A stretch of DNA of 20,234 bases from Rotaria sp. (lineage: Eukaryota), in contig CAJNZC010000066.1 in assembly GCA_905331515.1 (NCBI GenBank), positions 147,447 through 167,680 of the forward strand, in the 5' to 3' direction. The stretch's first letter is position 1, and every line of letters begins with the position of its first letter. The notes under the pieces were generated by a model that had not been told where the DNA came from, ran no database searches, and was given only the letters and a program-made list of their open reading frames with translations. Below, in pieces: positions 10,272 through 20,234 of this stretch. The translations under genes were made by a program, and so were the position numbers.

Positions 10272-11499
10272 CGAGGGAACGTCTTCAACTGTCAAATCTC
10301 TTTTGAGTTCGGACTTTGTGCATAAGATAGACCCTAGTGAGGTGTGAAAAACTTCAAGAGATTAAGTTCCCTTAGGTCTTCTGTTCAGAGTTATAGATAT
10401 TTTACTGAAATTTTAGTGTAGGACATGCTATATACGAACAAATTGAATGATAGCGTTTCGGCCTGAGATTTTGTCCACAAACAGATCTATTGATGATTAG
10501 AATATCCTGAAAATTTCAGCTCAAACGAACATTTCCTTCCCGAGATATTAAAGTCCCAAAAATGGCTCATATAGGATAACAAATGCACACTAAGATAAAA
10601 TGTGTCGCATGTGTCGCACTTTGCGACACAATGTACGACACATTAATATGCGACACGAGGAGCTCGTTGCGACACATTTCTTCCAGCGGACGTACGACAC
10701 ATTCTTGTGCGACACATGCGACACATTTTTAACACGTGGTTCGAATCCATTTTTCGGCACGAGGATTATTTTTTTTTTGAAAATTCGAATAGTTACTATT
10801 TTTTCAGTTAATTTCAAACAGTAGCACCTATTCTTGGAGTTCGAGACGGTAGATCTTAAGATCTAGCTGCCTCGAGACCATTTGATCTCGATCAGACTAC
10901 TTCGAGGCAGTCCATTCTCGATCATCTAGCGACCTCTCGACATGTTCTCGAATAATAAATGGTCGAGAAATAATCTAGAAAAAAAAGACATATGAAAATG
11001 TATAAGTCAAGTACGTCCAATAGGCTCGGTTATATGCAGCTGCACTCGCGAAACAAATCGATGAATGAACGATTGACATATAGGCTATGACACATCTATA
11101 ATGCGACACATTCTTGTACGACACATTTTTGTAATGGAGTCTGCGACACATTCTTGTACGACACATATATACGACACATTTAAATCCGAGCATGCTCGGA
11201 TTTTCTTGTTTTTGGGACTTTAATATCTCTGGAAGGAAATGTTCTTTTGAGCTGAAATTTTCAGGGTATTCTAATCATCAATAGATCTGTCTGTGGGCAA
11301 AATCTCAGACCGAAACGCCATCATTCAATTTGTTCGTATATAGCATGCGCTAGGCTAAAATTCCAGTAAAATGCCTATAACTCTAGACAGAAGGTCTAAG
11401 GGAATTTAATCTTTTGAAGTTTTTCATACCTCACTAGGGTCTATCTTATGCACAAAGTCCGAACTCAAAATGGATTTGACAGTTGAAAATGTTCCCTCG
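10272..11499. mobile_element. Second foldback-type element with ~290-bp inverted arms and a GCGACACAT-rich core
   Basis: Left arm 10272..~10568 (CGAGGGAACGTCTTCAACTGTCAAATC...CATTTCCTTCCCGAGATATTAAAGTCCCAAAAA) is the reverse complement, with scattered mismatches, of ~11209..11499 (TTTTTGGGACTTTAATATCTCTGGAAGGAAATG...GATTTGACAGTTGAAAATGTTCCCTCG). Confidence 0.8.
10590..11190. repeat. Dispersed short repeats of (T)GCGACACAT / GTACGACACAT flanking a TCGAG/GATCTA-rich centre
   Basis: Many direct and inverted copies: TGTCGCATGTGTCGCAC, GCGACACAATGTACGACACATT, GCGACACATTTCTTCC, GTACGACACATTCTTGTGCGACACATGCGACACATTTTT, GCGACACATTCTTGTACGACACAT (twice near 11103-11165), ACGACACATTTAAA. Confidence 0.75.
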
Positions 11500-11901
11500 T
11501 GAGTAAGCTTGAATTGCCACCAATTTTCCTCCTATATATGATTTATCGCTGGACGTAGCGTGATTTGGTACTCATGAGCAGAAATAGAACTAGTAATTTC
11601 CTAGAGAACTACCTTCCTGATTCCTAATCATTAATTTTATGAACAAAGAGAGATTCTTGCACAAAACCAAGCTGCGTTTTCGAATCAGCTCAATTAGTTG
11701 CTTAGAAATATCAATAACAGTGAGTCTTCTTGTAAAGCAAAATTGGTTGCTATGCTCTATAAGACTATGATAAATCAGTCTTTTTGTATTTTGTAACAAC
11801 ACAAAACAAATTTGATCCAATTAAAGACAAAGTTTCACTTAATTTTCCTTCATACCTAGTTAATCGTTATCAATAGCACCATATTACATTGATTAGCACA
11901 G

Positions 11902-12229
11902 TCAGCGCCATGTGTTTTTGAGATAACTCAGATTTTGACTCCTAAGTTCCTGTATTTTTTTGGAGACAAGGCACAATTTTGGTGAAAAACCAGGGTGATA
12001 TTTAGAGTCAAGTTGCCTAGTGGTGTTAAAATCAAACTGACTGTCTTGATTTTGTAGATACTGAAGTTCCCTAACATCCAGTTGCGTTTAAACTTCTACC
12101 AAAAGTTCTTCCATGTAAGATTCATCATTGACTAAAATACCCGTTAACGTGAATTGAGTTAGTGGCTCCAAAAAATCCTGATGCATTACCTTCGGATCCT
12201 TTTCTTGTTCTTTGTATAATACTCTAACA
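11902..12229 (-). pseudogene. Degraded coding exon of unknown family with one in-frame stop
   Basis: Minus frame reads LYKEQEKDPKVMHQDFLEPLTQFTLTGILVNDESYMEELLVEV*TQLDVRELQYLQNQDSQFDFNTTRQLDSKYHPGFSPKLCLVSKKIQELRSQNLSYLKNTWR*. The single internal stop is at 12088..12090. Confidence 0.35.
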
Positions 12230-13640
12230 CAAAACTAAAACAATATTCAAAATTAACGTATGAAATTGCGTTGAATAATGTCGTTTGAATATAAATTTTA
12301 ACGAAATATTTTTTTCGCAAAATGTGGCACGGGTCTCCTCAGACAATTTTTATGAAATTATTTTTTTGAAACAAGTGCTTTACTTTCTTAAAGAAGGTTT
12401 CTTACCTAACATGTTATCACTTTCGAGCAATTAAAACTCGCTTTTTTGACCAAAAAAAAGTACACGACCGCCTACTATGCGAAAATTACCTGCTGTGATT
12501 GCGTCACTTAGCCATATATGACATCATTCTGTTATCATAGCTATGCTGCAAACGAAAGAAAATTTATACATTTTTTTTTCTCATATCAAACAACGTCTGA
12601 CAGATAAAACTAAATATTTTATAAATTGCAATGATCTACAATGAACCCATTTCTTTTTCGTTTATGTTACTTGTGATATATACTGTGTCGAGTTAAATGT
12701 AGCCACTAAAATTCTGCACGCAACATTATTCGTATATGACTTTATTAGAATATAGTTTTTGATTTTTTTTTTCTTTCTTCTTTTAAATGTACGCCTAACT
12801 AATTTTTCTCTCACATGAGTGTCTTAGCAAATAGAATAACACCAGCACTTCGATGGTTTAGTAAGTAAGTGATTGATATTTTTTCGAATCTTATGAACAA
12901 CAGTTTGTATTACAATATTCTCCCGCGCAAAAATTAAAAACAACTTCTATGATGATTAATAACTCGTGATTGATAAAAAATTCAGGAAGGAGTATAACGA
13001 GATTTATGAATTTTTGATAAAAACCACAATTATAACATAGCATGAAAGTTGATACATTCTTTTGTTTTCAAATATTATCATAACAGCGAGCAATATGAAA
13101 CCATGAAGATTTGAATGGAATATTTATGAAGCTTTATAAACTACAAATGCATTTTTCAAGCATTATATTTGAATACAAAACATACATATTAATGTTTAAT
13201 CAAGCAGAAAATAAACATGTAAACCAGGACTTGTGTAAATTATATACGATAAGAATTTATTAATTATATCATTACGAATGATGAGATAGTTACAGTTGGG
13301 AAGTAATGAGTAGAACAAAGAATAATACGCACGAAATAGTTTTTTTTTTTACTGAACAATGTTAACAAAGTGAAATCTAATTTTTCTGTATTGTATAAAA
13401 ATAATTTTCTTGGCAATATGATCATAAAATAAGTAGACGCGAGAGTTACATTTCAAGGTGTCAAATAGAAATGGATACTTTTTTTGTTCTGAACTTTTAT
13501 CAAGAGCAGTCAACAAAAAAAAACAGATGTCATGAGTAGCAATGATAACAGAAATCATGTATACTTTTGTCTTTCTTCGCCAACGAAGAACAGAACATAA
13601 ATAAACCAATCGTATCCTTTAGTGTACGAAAAAACATGAT

Positions 13641-13682
13641 TTAAGATAAGCTACTTATAAAAGTGTAGGTAGCTTATCTCAA
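13641..13682. repeat. Short hairpin (14-bp stem with 1 mismatch, 14-nt loop)
   Basis: TTAAGATAAGCTAC (13641..13654) versus GTAGCTTATCTCAA (13669..13682). Confidence 0.7.
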
Positions 13683-15585
13683 ACGAAATACATTTACGCA
13701 ATGACGAATCGATTAAATCAAATTCAAAACAATTGCAATATTTCTTCCTTATTAACACAAGTAAAGTAAAATTAAATAATAACCAAAAGAAATCTCATAG
13801 ATTCGTACAACATATATTCTTATTTCTTTTAATAGAAGATCTTCTGTCGCCTACTATTTTGAAGCAGATAAATATGACAGGTGCTCATCTATAAGATTCT
13901 TTTTTTTAAATAATTATAACTAAGAAGAATTCCTTAAAAGAAAAGGTATTATAATTTGAAAGATTAAAAAGAGAAGGCAGAATACCTTTTAATTTTTGTA
14001 TTCGTTGATTTTCAGCTCAATATCCTGAAAATTCAACACACCGCTGATTAATTATATTGGTTAAAATTACAATATTCTAAATAATTACAAGGCATCGTAT
14101 GTTATATTTGAGACACTATTTCCTTCAAAAAGCCTTTAATACATAAAGTTTTGCGCATTAGAAGAGGAAGGATTCAGATGATAATTACTTAGAATAAGAC
14201 AAACAAGTTAAAGTAAAGAATTGCATAGTTTCAGTTATCTCTAATGGAATTTCAAATAACTTCTTCTTCTACTGTTTCTATTCAGTTTTAAAAAGCTTCG
14301 AAAACTCCCACCAAGTCTAGCGTTACTCTTAAGAAACAATTTTTTCTCATGCTATTATTAGCATATCGGTCACTACGACTTGGAAAAAAAAAGTCATATA
14401 ACATCATTTATACAATAAAATCAAAGATATTTAAAATGATTAAAATAGATAATGTAGTCGAACAATAGAAAATTCTAGCAAATATTTTAGATATATTAGA
14501 GGCAATCTTTGAATTTTCATATTTTTGTCAATAGTTAATATGTTAATTTCTGCCTCTTTTAGCTAGAAGTTAGAATTAAAAGATATGCGCATTAAAACTC
14601 ATTATCATGACGTCGACAACAGAGTGCATATTGAATCAGAACAAATATTTTACGTCAATGAATACGTCATGACCAGACTCATTCTACAAATTCAAAAGAG
14701 AATTATTCAATTTAGTACGTCATCAATGACTCAGATCGTTCGCCATACATCAGTCTGATTCATTATGATTCATCATAAGTTGTAAGGAGTCACTAAAAAA
14801 AGATCAGTAAGGCTGATTCTACATTGTTGGTTGAAGTATTCTTTTTCTTTCTTTCGTTCTCTTTTGTGGATATATTTATAATACCAAAGAAAAAAAAGAG
14901 ATTTATTTTTTATTATGCCAAGCACATGCAACAATAATAATATAATTCTGTCTACCGAACAGTTCCTAATGATGATTAATTATATATTAAGACAAAACGA
15001 AAGAATTATTTCATTTTAATATTACAGAACAAGGAAAACATTATAATTTAGTTTGTATAAACAAAAAAAAAGTAAGTGTACACATAAAGAATATTACATA
15101 TAAAAACATTTCTTGTAACATTTAATAAAATATCATTGAATTAAATATTTAAATGTAGGTTAAATAATCAAATAGTCACTATCAATTGTAAGAGTATTCT
15201 ATGCAAGGTTTGTTTATGCAATAAAAAAAAAAGAAGGAGTCATCTAGACGTAGCGAGTTTTTTTCTTGTGGCCGACAAGGTTGTCTTTTCATTTTCTTCT
15301 CTTTTTTTCTTTATTCCCCTATATTCAGGTAAGAACAGAAGAAAAACAAAGCACCATAGCATGGTGTTGCTAAGCGTTGCATATATATATACATATAGAA
15401 GAACGAGAAATGTGAAAAACATTTTGAAAAGATTCGTTCATTGAAGTGTTCCCATAGTGAAACAACTTAATTAAACTATTGAAATGTGCGATTTACTTCC
15501 TATATAAATGTTCGAGATCAAATCACTTATAACATACTTTTTTTGTTATTTTAGTTTTATCCATAAAAAGGTTACTGCAATATAA

Positions 15586-17148
<1,563 letters not shown>

Positions 17149-17184
17149 TGAAAATATTTGAAAATATTTTTGTCTTTTATATCG

Positions 17185-17190
17185 AATAAA
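17185..17190 (+). promoter_or_regulatory. Candidate polyadenylation signal AATAAA for the MAP2K-like gene
   Basis: AATAAA begins 37 nt after the TAA stop at 17146..17148. Confidence 0.5.
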
Positions 17191-17625
17191 AATATTTTGT
17201 TTTTGAAGAAACGCACTTTCGTTTTGTTTTCTTTTATTTATATCGAATAATGATGATCAATTTCGTTTGAATGCTTTTACAGTTAATAATTATTTTCTTG
17301 TAGGATCTCAGTTGAGTACATTATTATGTAAACTTAATCAATATGATCTCACATAGTTGACGTAACAGAAATGGTAAAAATAAAAACTTTTTAATATTAG
17401 TAAAATACGCTCTAAGCTAAAAGCTCACACAAATAAATGTTCAAAATAGCTAAGTTAGATGAAGTTGTAGAAAATACCTAGTGGTTCTTCAGTTAGTTTA
17501 AAATATGTAGTAGAGCTACATTGAACTTCATTTTCCAAATATTTATCTGGTTGAGTTTTTGGCTCAAAACGAATTTTACCAATATCCAAAAACTCTACAA
17601 TAATTTTCAGAGAATTTAAGTGATA

Positions 17626-17800
17626 AAAGTATGAGTTCTAATAAAGGTGATGTATCAAGATGTGCTGAGTCGGATGTTATAAATAATAAGATAGTAAAAC
17701 GTTATGAACAATTAGATGGTGAGAAATGGTCAACATGTCGATATTCAGGTGAATTATCAATAATAAGTCCTAAAAAAGTTGTCCGATTAAGATCAGCTAT
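17626..17800 (+). pseudogene. Short coding-like fragment of unknown family, possibly the start of a degraded gene
   Basis: ATG-initiated MSSNKGDVSRCAESDVINNKIVKRYEQLDGEKWSTCRYSGELSIISPKKVVRLRSAIFE within ORF 17631..17888, followed by non-protein-like sequence. The end is approximate. Confidence 0.3.
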
Positions 17801-18068
17801 TTTTGAAGTTAGTTTTATGCTTTTATCAAAAATTCTTAGTCTTAATAAAGTACAAACAAACTTTGTTTCATCGATTTACAGATCCTAACGAAAGAGTCAT
17901 TCAAATAAGAACACCCTCTAGGTTGTTTGTCAGAACGCTGCGATTTATCTCAATATTTAAATATAGTGATAATGATCATTTACCATCATTAGCTCTTAAA
18001 ATTCAATTAAGGCATATTTCTGTCTAAAACAATTGAATGACAACATTATTCACACTGATTCCAGATAA

Positions 18069-18260
18069 CAAGTGATACTGGAAAAACTAAAATTAATCAT
18101 ATGTATTGATGAAGCTCATCTTGTTTTCCAACAAATAACTGAACTACTTTAACAACAAATTTAAATTATTATTAAACTTATTCAATCAAAAAGTATTAGT
18201 ATTGTTTTCTGTATAAAAAATTCAATTGATGTTCCATCATCTATACTTGCTCAATTATAA
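18069..18260 (+). pseudogene. Remnant of a superfamily-2 (DEAH/RecQ-like) helicase
   Basis: One frame reads QVILEKLKLIICIDEAHLVFQQITELL* (18069..18152), then, same phase, KLIQSKSISIVFCIKNSIDVPSSILAQL* (to 18260). The first resembles motif II (DEAH), the second the 'xSGIVYCLSRxDxxxxAxxL' motif-IV region of RecQ helicases. In-frame stops separate them. Confidence 0.35.
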
Positions 18261-19149
18261 TTTTTTTAAAAATACAACATACTTTGCCAGTATCAATTGA
18301 AAAAAAACGAATTAAAAACATGCATGCGCAGCATAAGTCTGGAAAGTTTATCAAACTGTGTTTGATCGATCATATTGTTGAATTACTAATCAATCAAATT
18401 TTGTTTCTGTTACATTATACAATAAATATCTTTTAAGAAAAATCTGAGAACTTGTTCAAAGCGAAAAGCCACATACTTTCAAAAAAAAAACGTTTTTTGT
18501 TATTTGATTAGTCTCTATTTCTTAATTATTTTTGAACTACATAAGCCATCAGTTTGCCCCAATATAAATCATCGTTTCTAGAAACTAGGTACGAAATTAA
18601 TTATTTTTGTCCATTATTTGTGCAAAATATGTCACGCTATAGAGATATAACTGAAAGATATAATTCAAAAACTATTTTTTACCAATGAAAAACGACCAAG
18701 TCATTAGCAACAGCAAATTATTCAATTTCTTGCAGTAAATTTAACTTTCAATAGACCATTAGAAAGAACATACTTTAAAGTTACATACATCCTCATTACA
18801 TATACTTGTTTCATTTTCTTGTAATACGAAAAAAAAATGAATTATAGAAATTAGAAAATTATATTTCTTGACGATGAAGGAGCATGGGCTCTTTTTCTAA
18901 GGATATTCGCTTTTTAACTTGAAACACTTATCAAATTCGTTCTAGGAAAAATATATGTCGTACAAAACGTATACTTCATATATTGTTCTTTTCAAGAAAA
19001 AAAAGAAACATTTGATTGATTTAGAAATTAGTAATATTGATCTATTAGTTTGACATTTATGCAAAGATCTTTGCGTTGGAGGTTGATTCATAATAAATTA
19101 TCACAACTGGAATTTGTCTTTTCAACCAAAGATCGAAAAAAGATATTAA

Positions 19150-19260
19150 ATGTCAGAAAATTTGCCTATTAATGAATATTATTGTGTCGATGATTTATTG
19201 ACACATTTGAGTATTGCAGAGAAGAATTTGTTAATTTACTTAATGAAAATAAACTACTGA
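19150..19260 (+). other. Short ORF, possible coding relic
   Basis: ATG..TGA encodes MSENLPINEYYCVDDLLTHLSIAEKNLLIYLMKINY. The nearby 19263..19481 frame contains TSQEIDTLIVYCQLVAKYIERSDCKNAHKILSRKIDL. Confidence 0.2.
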
Positions 19261-20234
19261 CAATGTTGTGTGTATCTTCTTGTTTTACCATTAGCATGCT
19301 GGTAACTATCTACAGAGTTGTTTGCATGATGTGTATATCTCGATCATGTATGAATGTTCTCACATCACAAGAGATTGATACACTCATTGTTTATTGTCAA
19401 TTAGTGGCAAAATATATCGAAAGAAGTGATTGCAAGAATGCACATAAAATTTTATCACGAAAAATTGATTTACGTCAATGATCTAACAGTGAGTCGAAGA
19501 ATAGTAAACGTACCTGCAGAAAAGGGAACATGCTCACAACGTAGCACTAAAATTACTAAAAATGAGTTCTCAACTATAATGAAAACCATGGGTAAAACAG
19601 TCGACTAGTATCATCAACCATTCAACAACGAACTATACGAAATAAAAAAACGAACAAAATAGAATCAAAGGAATACATCTGATAATATATCAACATAAAA
19701 TATTTCAACAGTTTACATAGTTCTCAATACTGCGACATCAAGAGAAATCAAAAGAGCAGCTGCTAATGCGCTTATAGAATATATATTTGACATATTAGCT
19801 TAGACGCGACTAGAGAAACAGAAAGGAATAAGTAAGAAGACAATAAAGAGACAAAATATTGTTCCGAACTAGTTCTACTAACGATTATTCTTAGAACTAT
19901 TGATTACATATCCCAGGAATTCACGCATAGAAAATGAAGAAAACTTTGCTTCTTTATCTTTTTAAGAGAGAGTCCATGTGAATACCACCAAATATGAACA
20001 CCACGGGCATTTGACAAATTTCAAAAAATGCGATATTTTGGCATAAAATGAAAAATCATGTTTGAAAACCTACAAATTCAAAATTTTAGCTCAATCTGAC
20101 AGAGCATTGAAGAGTTATACAGACGACACTGATGATGAGTCAGAATGGATTAGACCAAAATATCAATTTTTTCATGTTTGTGGTATTTCATCGATTTCTC
20201 CTCGATGGTATGAGCTATCTTTCACTGTGATATC

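Noticed and set aside
10590-10824. Overlapping ORFs on both strands rich in MCRMCRT / VSHVSHKN repeats
   Set aside because: An artefact of the GCGACACAT/TGTGTCGC repeat array being open in several frames.
10975-11193. Minus-strand ORF MLGFKCVVYMCRTRMCRRLHYKNVSYKNVSH...
   Set aside because: Same repeat-array artefact, read through the right half of the element core.
11590-11820. Minus ORF of 76 aa (MDQICFVLLQNTKRLIYHSLIEHSNQF...)
   Set aside because: Considered as a continuation of the 11902-12229 minus fragment, but I found no supported splice join and no domain.
13349-13609. Minus ORF of 86 aa (MVYLCSVLRWRRKTKVYMISVII...)
   Set aside because: Starts from a probable alternative codon. Composition resembles translated AT-rich intergenic DNA, with no recognised motif.

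Overview
This window looks like eukaryotic, intron-rich, AT-rich DNA. Gene and protein style are most like a bdelloid rotifer, but that is an inference. I can support three multi-exon gene models and one partly resolved locus. (1) A minus-strand small acidic protein, 3 exons, 132 aa, with an MGACIGKKSS N-terminus typical of myristoylated/palmitoylated proteins. (2) A plus-strand 65-aa, 2-exon protein with a possible PKA-anchoring (smAKAP-like) helix. (3) A plus-strand locus at 5456-8481 related to the expanded rotifer 'xxLVWLD / IYxYC + mono-ADP-ribosyltransferase (ART)' proteins. Its ART signature residues look degenerate, and its last reading frame sits 36 nt downstream of the previous stop, directly after a splice-acceptor-like tract. 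(4) A plus-strand, 8-exon MAP2K (MKK3/6-like) kinase, 356 aa, reconstructed exactly at 15586-17148, with a non-canonical activation segment. Two foldback-type DNA elements are present: 8505-9902, a three-hairpin modular structure starting 24 bp after the ART-like locus, and 10272-11499, with long inverted arms around a core full of (T)GCGACACAT motifs and perfect palindromes. Degraded coding fragments occur at 11902-12229 (-) and about 17626-19500 (+), the latter including a DEAH-helicase-like remnant. No CRISPR array, rRNA or complete tRNA was recognised.
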